Made by a program: the position numbers and the translations under genes. From Nitrosopumilaceae archaeon (lineage in GTDB: Archaea > Thermoproteota > Nitrososphaeria > Nitrososphaerales > Nitrosopumilaceae): 25,116 nucleotides of DNA. Where the stretch lies: contig CBDATR010000023.1 of assembly GCA_965200155.1 (NCBI GenBank), positions 1-25,116 on the forward strand, given 5' to 3'. Within the stretch, counting starts at the first letter, position 1. Each line of letters begins with the position of its first letter. This document shows positions 9,703 through 18,720 of this stretch, one piece after another. The notes under the pieces were generated by a model, which saw nothing but the letters and a program-made list of their open reading frames with translations, had not been told where the DNA came from and ran no database searches.

Positions 9703-9913
9703 TCATCTGGTGATTCTACTCTGGTAGTGGTTCCATATAAGCACGGTCCTATGCCCGGCAAAGACTTATGGTGGGCGCTATACCATCTTGCCTAGCAATG
9801 CATGAGCCCGTACACATATGGTGTAACTCAGTACACGAGCCATCACGTGTATTCTGTGACATTCAAATCTTGTATAAAATGAAGAGATACTGTATTAGTA
9901 TAACGGCGGCGGT

Positions 9914-11146
9914 CTACCAGCTATTCATATATGTTGTTTGTTTGGAGTTTAGCTCATCTATCTGGACATTCATGGAATCTAGCGCATCAATTGCTACTTG
10001 GCGATCTATGTGGGCGGGAACATTCATGATCTCCTTGGACATTGCATCGTGATTCTTCAATATGTGCAGTACCGATAGCATCTGGTTTGAGAATGAGAGC
10101 GCCATTACCTCAGGGGGGTGTCCCTCTGCGGCCGCCAAATTGGCCAGTCTTCCTTCTCCTATGAGGTATATGTGGTTGCCATTGGCTAGGGTGCATTCAT
10201 CCATGTTAGGGCGTACACGCTGCACCTTTTGGTTCATTATATACTTGGTATCTATTTCAACATCAAAGTGGCCTACGTTAGCCAGTATTGCACCATTGCG
10301 CATTTTGTCTATGTGCTCTGATCGGATTACGTCTGTCATGCCAGTCGCTGTAATGAATATGTCTCCTATGGTGGCAGCCCGGGACATGGGCATAACCTCA
10401 AAGCCAGCCATGTGAGCCTCCAGTGCCCGTATGGGGTCTGCCTCTACTATTATTACCCGTGAGTTCATCCCTGCGCATCTGCTTGCAACCCCGCGGCCAA
10501 CCCATCCATATCCGGCCACTACCACTATCTTGGCTGCCATCAACAAATTCATCGAACGTAAGAGGGCGTCTATGGTACTCTGGCCTGTGCCGTACCTGTT
10601 GTCAAAGAGGTGCTTGGTGTATGCCTCGTTCACAAGTATTACCGGATACTTGAGCTTTCCCTGTTTCTCTACAACCTTTATGCGGGTAACGCCGGCAGTT
10701 GTCTCCTCTGTGGCGCCCATTATGTGTAGATCTTTGTGTTTCTCATCAAAGTGCGCCTTGATGTTCATGTCTGCGCCATCATCCACAAGAATGGATGGTT
10801 TGTGTCCCAGCACCTGATCTATACACCAGTCATACTCCTGTGCATTCTGATCATTCCATGCATAGGTGTGTATGCCCTCAGAGTCAAGAAATGCGGCAAT
10901 ATCGTCCTGTGTGCTCAGGGGATTTCCGGGACAGCATGCTACTGTGGCGCCCAGCTCTTGGAGGCCCATAAGCAACGCTGATGTCTCTTTTGTTATATGC
11001 AGACAACACCCTACCGTTATGCCCTGTAGTGGTTTTGTGCCTTCCATACGAGAGATGGTTGTGTTTAAGGTGGCCATGTGGGCGCGAGCCCATCGGTATG
11101 ACACCTGTCCTTTCTCTGCTAGTGAAGAGTCCTTTATCTTACTCAT
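9914..11146 (-). CDS. ahcY: Adenosylhomocysteinase
   Basis: CLHITKET, NPLSTQD, EETTAG, KHLFDNRYGTGQS, GYGWVGRG and GEGRLANL...EGHP motifs. Confidence 0.97.
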   Translation of the reverse strand: MSKIKDSSLAEKGQVSYRWARAHMATLNTTISRMEGTKPLQGITVGCCLHITKETSALLMGLQELGATVACCPGNPLSTQDDIAAFLDSEGIHTYAWNDQNAQEYDWCIDQVLGHKPSILVDDGADMNIKAHFDEKHKDLHIMGATEETTAGVTRIKVVEKQGKLKYPVILVNEAYTKHLFDNRYGTGQSTIDALLRSMNLLMAAKIVVVAGYGWVGRGVASRCAGMNSRVIIVEADPIRALEAHMAGFEVMPMSRAATIGDIFITATGMTDVIRSEHIDKMRNGAILANVGHFDVEIDTKYIMNQKVQRVRPNMDECTLANGNHIYLIGEGRLANLAAAEGHPPEVMALSFSNQMLSVLHILKNHDAMSKEIMNVPAHIDRQVAIDALDSMNVQIDELNSKQTTYMNSW

Positions 11147-11193
11147 TATGCCATGTTCTGGGAGACACGTTAAAAACCATCCCGTGGTGTGTT

Positions 11194-12246
11194 TTAGGGA
11201 TTTATTACTGCACGGCCCACTATCTTGTGGTTCTTTAGATCGTTCAGGGCATTGTTGGCCTCGTCCAGTGAATATCGCTTTGATATCATGGGGTTTATCT
11301 TGCCTGCCCGTACCAGCTCAACCAGCTCCTTCATGTCCTTGTAGCTCCCAGTATACGCGCCCTGTATGGTTATTGCCTTGAGTGGGATGGTAACTAGTGA
11401 TATATTGAGCGAGCCTCCAAACAGTCCAACCAATACCATATTGCCTCGCTTGCGTAGGGAATTCAATCCCATTTTTGCAGTGGCCTTGGCATTTACAAAA
11501 TCCACCACACTATCGGCGCCCTTGCCCCCACATACTTGGATTATCTTTTGTACAATGTCCGGGTCCCGCGAGTCTAGGGTATGGTGCGCACCCATGTCCC
11601 GCGCCGTTTCTAGCTTCTTCTCACTCATGTCTATACATATGATCTTCGATTGTGTGATTGCCCGGGCAATCTGCACGCCCATTAGCCCCAAGCCTCCTGC
11701 ACCTATGATCACTATATACTCTGGAGAATTTTGCGCTGCCTTTTTTATGGATGTATAAGCGGTAAGTGCTGAACACGCTAAGGATGTGGATGCCTCCAAA
11801 TCAACACCATCTAGGTTTACCAGATATTTGTGATGCGGAATCAACACATAGTCTGAATAACCGCCATCTTGAAACACTCCCAAGGATCTGGGTGCATCAC
11901 AGAGATTTTCGTTATCTACCTTGCATGCGGGGCACTGCTGGCATCCAATCCACGGGTATACCAGTACGCGATCACCATTGGAGTAGCCCCCAGATTCCGT
12001 TCCGGTAGACTCTACATATCCTGCAATCTCGTGACCGGGCGTGACCGGATACTTTACGCCTCGGTCCGTCACTTTCATGAATGTCCCATCTCCCAGATCG
12101 TACCCGCCTTCCCATAAGTGAAGATCGCTATGACATACGCCCGTGGCCGCAACCTTGATGAGTACTTGGGGACCTTGGGGGACCGGCGTATCCGCATTGC
12201 TTATCTCTAGGGGTTTACTAGCCTCCACTATGCGAGCAGACTTCAA
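11194..12246 (-). CDS. Zinc-dependent (MDR family) alcohol dehydrogenase
   Basis: GVCHSDLH, GHE, structural Zn site CQQCPACKVDNENLC and GAGGLG; TTG start. Confidence 0.93.
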   Translation of the reverse strand: MKSARIVEASKPLEISNADTPVPQGPQVLIKVAATGVCHSDLHLWEGGYDLGDGTFMKVTDRGVKYPVTPGHEIAGYVESTGTESGGYSNGDRVLVYPWIGCQQCPACKVDNENLCDAPRSLGVFQDGGYSDYVLIPHHKYLVNLDGVDLEASTSLACSALTAYTSIKKAAQNSPEYIVIIGAGGLGLMGVQIARAITQSKIICIDMSEKKLETARDMGAHHTLDSRDPDIVQKIIQVCGGKGADSVVDFVNAKATAKMGLNSLRKRGNMVLVGLFGGSLNISLVTIPLKAITIQGAYTGSYKDMKELVELVRAGKINPMISKRYSLDEANNALNDLKNHKIVGRAVINP

Positions 12247-12296
12247 TGCAGAATATTTGGAACGTTTTCAATATAAGTTAAAGTGCCCTTGACACA

Positions 12297-12408
12297 GTAA
12301 CCGTTTAGGTTGCACGAGATCACAAGTGTCATTTTAGTAACACTGGCCACTGATTATCTGGAATCGGAAGTCAGAGAGAACCATGCTGGCAATGACCTAA
12401 ATGGTCAC
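12297..12408. mobile_element. MITE-B-like element (112 bp, decayed)
   Basis: Ends GTAACCGTTTAGG and CCTAAATGGTCAC match the MITE-B TIR. Confidence 0.6.
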
Positions 12409-12451
12409 CTTGATCCAAAATTCTCAGCACAGGTAGCCTATAATGGATATG

Positions 12452-13147
12452 TCAATCTGTCTTGTTGAGATAGATATACTTCATGAGTACTACCGCAATG
12501 ATTCCACCTACTAGAGGCGCCGCCCAATACATCCAATGAAACTCCCAGGATCCGGATATTAGTGCTGGACCAAGTGTCCTGGCGGGATTAACTGATGCTC
12601 CCGTTAGTGGCACACCTACCAAATGTATGAGGAATACCATTCCGCCTATGGCAAAACCTGCCCAACCGGCACTGGCTTTCTTGTGGGCGGCAGTCATGCA
12701 TATGGTGACCAGCAGGAAGAATGTGAGTACTGCCTCTACAGCAAATCCCGATGCCACACTTTGGTTTAATATATCCGAGGGTCCGCCCTGAGTTCCAAAG
12801 TTAACTTTTTGGCCCAACTCAGGGAATATTGTCCACAGCGTGGCTGCAGCTATTATGGCGCCTGTTATTTGGGCCGCAATGTATCCTATTCCATCCTTTA
12901 CGGGTAACTCTCGTACTATCATCATGGGTATGGTTACCGCTGGATTGATGTGAGCCCCTGATATGTGCCCAAAGGCGTAGATCATTATGCCAATTATTCC
13001 ACCATGCGCAAGCGATATGAACAGGACTGAGATAGTGCTCAGGCCCTCTCCAAAGTATGCAAGGGATACAATTATGGAGAGTGGACCAAAGAAGACCAGT
13101 GCATAGGTTGCAATACCTTCTGCCAGAATCGCTCTTGGGTTTACCAT
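12452..13147 (-). CDS. MIP family channel (aquaporin)
   Basis: HISGAHINPAVT and GASVNPART (two NPA boxes) with multiple hydrophobic helices. Confidence 0.95.
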   Translation of the reverse strand: MVNPRAILAEGIATYALVFFGPLSIIVSLAYFGEGLSTISVLFISLAHGGIIGIMIYAFGHISGAHINPAVTIPMMIVRELPVKDGIGYIAAQITGAIIAAATLWTIFPELGQKVNFGTQGGPSDILNQSVASGFAVEAVLTFFLLVTICMTAAHKKASAGWAGFAIGGMVFLIHLVGVPLTGASVNPARTLGPALISGSWEFHWMYWAAPLVGGIIAVVLMKYIYLNKTD

Positions 13148-13197
13148 GCGCTACGTCATACTTTGCTGCCAATATAAATTTGCTATAGTGGTTGAAG

Positions 13198-13438
13198 GTA
13201 ATCGTTTAGGTACGTAAAAATCAGACATCTAGACGATAAACCCATGAGCATATGTGAGGCATTATGATAGAAAAGGCAAGAATGGATATGTTCGCGGTGT
13301 ATTTTGGTATGAGTTCACGTCTTCCGGAATCTTGTGCACAAATCACATTAACTGTCGCGATCAGTTGTGCGTAAATTTAGACACAGGTGAACTCATACGT
13401 ATTTTGAGCGGTTGTCTAGGAGTGACCTAAACGGTTAC
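13198..13438 (+). mobile_element. MITE-B (141 bp once the nested MITE-A and one TSD are removed)
   Basis: TIRs GTAATCGTTTAGG / CCTAAACGGTTAC. Inverted, diverged homolog of 16638-16885. Confidence 0.8.
13307..13398 (+). mobile_element. MITE-A (92 bp) nested in MITE-B
   Basis: TSD GTATTTTG. Confidence 0.95.
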
Positions 13439-13479
13439 GTCTTCATCGAATGTAACTAGGAGTTTCATACCGATATCAA

Positions 13480-13725
13480 CGCGGCGTTTAGTAACCGGTT
13501 TCCCTGCATCGGGCGGCCGAGTGGGTCGTCCGGGGGGCGGTTTACCCGCCCAACCGGAGGCGTCAGGGCGGAACGCGTGGCGACCAACCAAAACATACAC
13601 GTCTCACTGGCAAGGCGCCATGAAGATCATAGTCAAGGACTTATCGCCGCTATAGCCACAGAACCAAATTCTCTTGGTCTTTGGCAGTGACCGGTTGTCC
13701 CACACCTGCACGGGATGACCTACGT
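13480..13725. ncRNA. Candidate structured non-coding RNA, family unassigned
   Basis: GC-rich intergenic island with nested stems (GGTCGTC/GGCGACC, CCGG/CCGG, GGGCGG/CCGCCC, GCGT/ACGC) and no convincing ORF. Confidence 0.5.
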
Positions 13726-13749
13726 GTGTGGAGTACAAGAAATATGCGC

Positions 13750-14490
13750 TTACAGTAGGTGTTCGAACTCTATTCCAAAATAGTTGCGCATTACTCCCAC
13801 ATAGGTGCGTACTGGGGTTGGTATCTCTGATTCACAGCACACACCAAGAGCGCGTGCGGAGCACCATATGGACAGGGCTTGCAATATGGTCAGAAAGCGA
13901 TCATTTTGGGAGTTGGCGGGCTGTATTGCCTTTGTATAACGTTCGGCGTACTCCCATGCTGTCCCATAACTTATACAATCCACTCCAAAGACAGCTTTGA
14001 TCTGTTCGCGCATATCTGCCGCCTCCGGTAAAGGAGTACGGCTTAGTATGTAGGGAAATTTTACCTTGTGTGGCAGATATCCTGGGAGTGGTCCCCAGAT
14101 TGTAATTATTCTTGTGTTGGCGCTCATTGCTGCTATGCGACCTGACATGATATGTGTTATCTTGGGATCCGTAAACCAGAACAAAAAGAGATCCGCGTTG
14201 GGAATACTACAGGATGTGATATCATCGCATATGATGTTGGCATCCGTGCCCAAAAGATGCTTACTGGCATTAGCCCGTGACTCGTCATGTTCTATTCCAT
14301 ATAGTTTTGCCCCATACTTGGCGGCCGCCTTCAATACATCTCCTTTCCCACAGCCTAAATGACAAAACGTCTCCCCGGACTGTAGCTCACCAAATTCTAG
14401 AATATCGCGTGTAACCTGTGGGGGCAATATTACGTCGTTCCCGTTCATTATATCTGTGGGTAATGTATCTAGATACTGCTCGATTCTCAT
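13750..14490 (-). CDS. Class I SAM-dependent methyltransferase
   Basis: HLGCGKG motif I and YGIE. The start MRIEQY overlaps the upstream stop (ATGA). Confidence 0.85.
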   Translation of the reverse strand: MRIEQYLDTLPTDIMNGNDVILPPQVTRDILEFGELQSGETFCHLGCGKGDVLKAAAKYGAKLYGIEHDESRANASKHLLGTDANIICDDITSCSIPNADLFLFWFTDPKITHIMSGRIAAMSANTRIITIWGPLPGYLPHKVKFPYILSRTPLPEAADMREQIKAVFGVDCISYGTAWEYAERYTKAIQPANSQNDRFLTILQALSIWCSARALGVCCESEIPTPVRTYVGVMRNYFGIEFEHLL

Positions 14491-14750
14491 TCCCGGATAG
14501 TTTCCAGCTTCGATACTGCTTGCCACAGCTGGGTGCGGACATATGACGGGACATTGGGATCCTGTGTTATCTCATCCAGCTGACTTATGGCATTAGCTGC
14601 ACGTACCGACATGGAATACTCCGAAGAGTTAAGATCCACCAACAATTCGGCGATGAGTTTTTTTACCGTCTTGGGAGTGGATGGATTCTTCGATACAATA
14701 TCCAATGTCTGTACTCCCTCTTCCATTGATCTATGATTTCTGTCTGACAT
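14487..14750 (-). CDS. UPF0147 family protein
   Basis: SVRAANAISQLDEITQDPNVPSYVRTQLWQAVSKLE is characteristic of the archaeal UPF0147 family. Confidence 0.9.
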   Translation of the reverse strand: MSDRNHRSMEEGVQTLDIVSKNPSTPKTVKKLIAELLVDLNSSEYSMSVRAANAISQLDEITQDPNVPSYVRTQLWQAVSKLETIRE

Positions 14751-14751
14751 A

Positions 14752-15063
14752 TCAGGGCACCTCTATGAAGATGTTGTTATCCTCTACTATAACGGTATAT
14801 TTGGCCAGATCTGGAATGGTATCCCGGAACTGGACTAGGCTGCCAGTGGTATAGTCAAAGCGAGCATCATGTCGCGGACATACCAAGTGACACTGCTCTA
14901 TAGTACCATCAGACAGACGGGCACCTTCGTGAGTACAAATATCATCAACTGCATAATATGTGTCATCCATGTTAATTACAGCTATATTGCGGCGGTCTAT
15001 CATAATTCTGGATACACTGCCATCAGGAAACTCCGCCATGGCTCCCGCTATTATTTTTCCCAT
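14752..15063 (-). CDS. Rieske [2Fe-2S] ferredoxin
   Basis: CTH...CPRH ligand pattern in a 103-aa protein. Confidence 0.92.
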   Translation of the reverse strand: MGKIIAGAMAEFPDGSVSRIMIDRRNIAVINMDDTYYAVDDICTHEGARLSDGTIEQCHLVCPRHDARFDYTTGSLVQFRDTIPDLAKYTVIVEDNNIFIEVP

Positions 15064-15111
15064 ACATAGTAAGGATTCTGCATCACTAATAATTATTTAG
15101 GTATGGTTATG

Positions 15112-15427
15112 GTAACAGTCTAAGTCAATTCTTCAGTACTGGACATTATGCAAATAGGTCTACAAAGCAACGAAGTTCAAAACGATCACGCATAAAAATT
15201 CACACCGTGGATTTACTGACCTTTATGCATAATCTCCACTGTCTACTAATCTGTGCAGCCTGTCACTTGTGCATATGAAATAGCAAATTCGTCTATAGTT
15301 TTTTTTTTGGATTGTGTGAGTGCACCGGTGTCTAAATTTATGCACGACTGATAGTGACTATCAGTGCATGAAATTAAGACGTGAACTTTGAATTTGATAG
15401 CTGGACGGTGTTAGCCCTAAATGGCTC
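15112..15427. mobile_element. Decayed MITE-B-like ends enclosing a decayed MITE-A (about 15314-15390)
   Basis: GTAACAGTCTAAGTCA ... CCCTAAATGGCTC, with inner GTGTGAGTGCACCGGTGTCTAAATTTATGCAC...AAGACGTGAACT. Confidence 0.5.
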
Positions 15428-15484
15428 CCGGCGGCTGTGTTCTCACACTACTATTATACGAATATCCATGTGTCATTCATGACA

Positions 15485-15871
15485 CTATACCGGAGGAAGC
15501 TCCGTCTTTTTATCATAACCGCCGGACCCAAATTTGCAGTAGAAGCATAGTTCTGACTCCATATACTTTAACTGTACGACTTTGATGGCGCCCATGCGTA
15601 GCGCCAGTTTGGTCATAAGACGATAACGCAGGGGCATACTTGGTATAACCTCGTTCAGGTAAACTTGGTAGTGATCCGGGCAGAACCTTAGGGTAACCCA
15701 ACCAGCTTGGCGATTGTCCCCCATCTGTTTGGCGAATTTAATTTGTTCTCTTATGTACTCGTGTTTGGGGCAAGGACAATCCTTGCCGCCGGGGTGCTTG
15801 TAGGCAGGAGTATTTTTCCAATCAAAGTCCGGATACTCTCGCTCAAAGTCGTCCATGTAACCTTTTGTCAT
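15485..15871 (-). CDS. Hypothetical Cys/His-rich protein
   Basis: Clean 128-aa ORF with CPCPKH, FCPDH and CFYC (possible metal binding). Confidence 0.75.
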   Translation of the reverse strand: MTKGYMDDFEREYPDFDWKNTPAYKHPGGKDCPCPKHEYIREQIKFAKQMGDNRQAGWVTLRFCPDHYQVYLNEVIPSMPLRYRLMTKLALRMGAIKVVQLKYMESELCFYCKFGSGGYDKKTELPPV

Positions 15872-15933
15872 GTATGGTATAAAAATATAGCACCACCTGC
15901 TTTGAGAATATTATGCGGAAATCATATTACTCT

Positions 15934-15988
15934 GTATGAGTTCATCTGTTCCTAAATCTATGCCCAACTAATACCAAATGATTCGTAC
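15934..15988 (-). mobile_element. Decayed, shortened MITE-A relative
   Basis: GTATGAGTTCATCTGTTCCTAAATCTATGCCCAACT aligns to one MITE-A end. Confidence 0.55.
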
Positions 15989-16065
15989 AAGTCTGCCAAT
16001 TTTTGCATGGAGCGCCAAACTATTCTGTACAACAAGTTTATTTCATTGTCTTGTGTAATAGCAAC

Positions 16066-16413
16066 ATGGAGGGTAGGCTAAACATCAATGTTTCTGCCAT
16101 AGATTATGAGAAGACTAGCACTGCCATGATGCGCCAACTTTCATTGTTGGAAGATATGGTCCACGGTGAAAGCGGTTTTGTTGTCACAGATTCAGAATTT
16201 GCTCTCGGTTGGCACTTCTTTGTAGTCAGCATTGATCGTTCTCTCATATCCAAGCTTAAAGATCAGATGGGTCCTGCCTATTCTGGACTAAAGGGTAGGG
16301 GTGATGACAAAAAGTTTCTGTATTGGCTGGAATCTAGAATGGCAAAACAGATACCCCGCTTCAAGCTTGCAATAAAGGAGGAGATGGAATCCTCAAAATA
16401 TGGATTGTTCTGA
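16066..16413 (+). CDS. Hypothetical protein
   Basis: ATG start MEGRLNINV with protein-like composition. No family recognised. Confidence 0.75.
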   Translation: MEGRLNINVSAIDYEKTSTAMMRQLSLLEDMVHGESGFVVTDSEFALGWHFFVVSIDRSLISKLKDQMGPAYSGLKGRGDDKKFLYWLESRMAKQIPRFKLAIKEEMESSKYGLF

Positions 16414-16514
16414 TCTGGAATTAAGCACAAGTCACATCTGTGAGTGATTACTAACACCAATTTTGTCCTACACATACTTATCTATACGCGTGATCTTGAA
16501 GTCAAGCTTATGTG

Positions 16515-16587
16515 GGCCCTCGAGGGGGATCGAACCCCTGTCCGGGGATCCACAGTCCCCTATACTAGCCACTATACGACGAGGGCC
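16515..16587 (-). tRNA. tRNA-His (GTG)
   Basis: Cloverleaf with acceptor GCCCTCG/CGAGGGC, anticodon arm GGGGA-CTGTGGA-TCCCC, T-loop GTTCGAT, C discriminator and encoded G-1. Confidence 0.95.
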
Positions 16588-16637
16588 ACGCATGTATGAC
16601 GCTGTTCTTGGTAATATATCATGACCACTTGGAGGTA

Positions 16638-16885
16638 GTACCCGTTTAGGTCACTCCGGACAACTGTCCAAAATACACCGCTAACATGTCACTTCTTGTT
16701 TTTTATATCATGTTGCCTAACATATGCCCATGAATTGTATGAGTTCACGTCTTCCGGAATCTTATGCACAAAAGAACCGGTTCTTTAACTGTCGCGATCA
16801 GTTATACGTAAATTTAGACACAGGTGAACTCACACCATGAATTTGCCATCTGGGTGTTGATCTTCAACGCGACCTAAACGGTTAC
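16638..16885 (-). mobile_element. MITE-B (141 bp once the nested MITE-A and one TSD are removed)
   Basis: TIRs GTACCCGTTTAGGTC / GACCTAAACGGTTAC. Reverse-complement homolog of 13198-13438. Confidence 0.8.
16737..16835 (+). mobile_element. MITE-A variant (99 bp) nested in MITE-B
   Basis: TSD CATGAATT. Palindrome AAAGAACCGGTTCTTT at 16771-16786; right TIR mutated (CTCACAC). Confidence 0.95.
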
Positions 16886-17235
16886 AAACTGTTATTCATA
16901 CATCAGTGTTAAGTTTATTATCCACTATAAAATGCCAAAATTAATGAGGTTGTGGTGGGTTGCAATGGCAGTTACCTTGGCAGTCACGTATTATGGTACC
17001 GGATTGCTACTTCCTTGGAAGTAATGGTGTCCCTACAAATCCAATTGTGACGTTGTTCGGGTGATTGGAGTGTGGTCTGTGAGCGGGTTGCACTGCCGTC
17101 GAATATTTGTCATGACGCGATGGCACAGCATAATATTTAGTCCCGACCAACACGGGGCTATGCCGCACATTGATGACATATCCCTTGAGCACGGATTATG
17201 CAGTACAGGTACTGATGAACTCTTGCAGTGATTAA

Positions 17236-17642
17236 GTATGAGTTCACGTCTTCCGGAATCTTATGCACAAATCACATTAACTGTCACGATCAGTTATGCG
17301 TAAATTTAGACACAGGTGAACTCACACTAGAGGAGACCTTCATGTGATAGAAATGGCCACATGTATGTGCGGCAAAAAACAACTGGTCCCAGCAGCGGGC
17401 GTACCAGAGAGTGGTGGTTTTGGAGTTCAATTATGTGGTGCCATCACTGCATTACGTGCGGAAAAGATTCCAATAAAGCGCATACCTGTAATTTCGAGGG
17501 ATCTCTTCGGCCTGAATATATCGGTGGGTGCGGTAAACAACATAATTGCCGTATGAGTTCACCTGTGTCTAAATTTATGCACAACTGATCGCGACAGTTA
17601 ATGTGATTTGTGCACAAGATTCCGGAAGATGTGAACTCATAC
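17236..17642. mobile_element. Composite mini-transposon: inverted MITE-A pair (17236-17327 +, 17551-17642 -) around a 223-bp IS66 transposase fragment
   Basis: A single TSD GTGATTAA flanks the whole unit (17228-17235, 17643-17650). Cargo 17328-17550 is homologous to about 22952-23175. Confidence 0.92.
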
Positions 17643-17688
17643 GTGATTAAAGCTCAACTAATAAACCCCATTAACAATCACACACTCC

Positions 17689-18720
17689 ATGAGTAAGACT
17701 GCCGTGGTGATCCGGGGGGATGGGATAGGTCCCGAGGTGGTAGATTCCATGCTACAGGTACTTCGTGAATGCGGTATACAGTCAGAAATTATACTACAGG
17801 ATGCAGGCTCAGAGCAATGGGATAAAAATGGCCGACGGGATGTGTCCTATATTCCGGAAACAACCATGGACGCGCTGACCGCGTGTGATGCATGCTTTAA
17901 GGGTCCTACAACTACCATACCAATACCTGATGCCCCCAAGAGCGTGGCCGTTACACTACGCCAAAAGTTTGATCTATACGCAAACATACGCCCCACCAAG
18001 ACATATGATAGACTGACTCCTGATCGCTCCCTGGATTGTGTCTGTTTCAGGGAAGCCACAGAAGGGCTCTATACTGGAGTTGAGGTGGCCATTACACCGG
18101 ACGCGGCTATAGCGATACGCAAAATTACCCGGAGAGGATCCCGGCGGCTTCTAGACTCGGCAGTAAGATGGGCTCTCAAAAATGATATGAAAAAGATGGT
18201 GTGTATAACCAAACGCAATATACTGAAGCAGACCGACGGGATATTCTGGGAAGAAGCTCAGGCAGCGGTACGGGGCACCGGAATAGAGTTATCTGAGATA
18301 TACATTGACAATATGGCTCAACAGCTGGTTATAGCTACCAGACAATTTGATGGGGCGGTGTTGGTAAGTACCAACCTCTTTATGGATATAATATCGGAGC
18401 TGGCCTCTGCACTGGTGGGTTCAATAGGCCTGATATATTCTGCTAATATGGGTGATGGGTTTGCAATGTTTGAGGCGGCTCACGGTAGTGCCCCACAATT
18501 TGCGGGACAAAACAAGGTAAATCCCACTGCATCCATACTATCCGGCGCCTGGATGGCGGGGTACTTGGGTGAGGAGGATATTCAGGGTGCCATATTCCGG
18601 GCAACTGCAGATGTAATAAACGAGGGGAAGACAGTAACTTGGGATATAGGTGGCTCGGCTACCACCTCTGCCATGACCGGCAGTATAGCAAAGCGCGCAA
18701 AAATGTATCTTCATCGATAG
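17689..18720 (+). CDS. Isocitrate/3-isopropylmalate dehydrogenase family protein (LeuB-like)
   Basis: GDGIGPEV, LRQKFDLYANIRP, REATEGLY, NLFMDIISE and FEAAHGSAP motifs. Confidence 0.93.
   Translation: MSKTAVVIRGDGIGPEVVDSMLQVLRECGIQSEIILQDAGSEQWDKNGRRDVSYIPETTMDALTACDACFKGPTTTIPIPDAPKSVAVTLRQKFDLYANIRPTKTYDRLTPDRSLDCVCFREATEGLYTGVEVAITPDAAIAIRKITRRGSRRLLDSAVRWALKNDMKKMVCITKRNILKQTDGIFWEEAQAAVRGTGIELSEIYIDNMAQQLVIATRQFDGAVLVSTNLFMDIISELASALVGSIGLIYSANMGDGFAMFEAAHGSAPQFAGQNKVNPTASILSGAWMAGYLGEEDIQGAIFRATADVINEGKTVTWDIGGSATTSAMTGSIAKRAKMYLHR

Noticed and set aside
13480-13725. Calling the structured region RNase P RNA, SRP RNA or a cobalamin riboswitch
   Set aside because: Diagnostic motifs were not found by eye. 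AGGGAAACCGGT on the minus strand only loosely resembles a B12 riboswitch start. Left unassigned.
17007-17192. 61-aa minus-strand ORF between MITE-B and the composite element
   Set aside because: No recognisable motif; may be a decayed gene fragment but cannot be supported.
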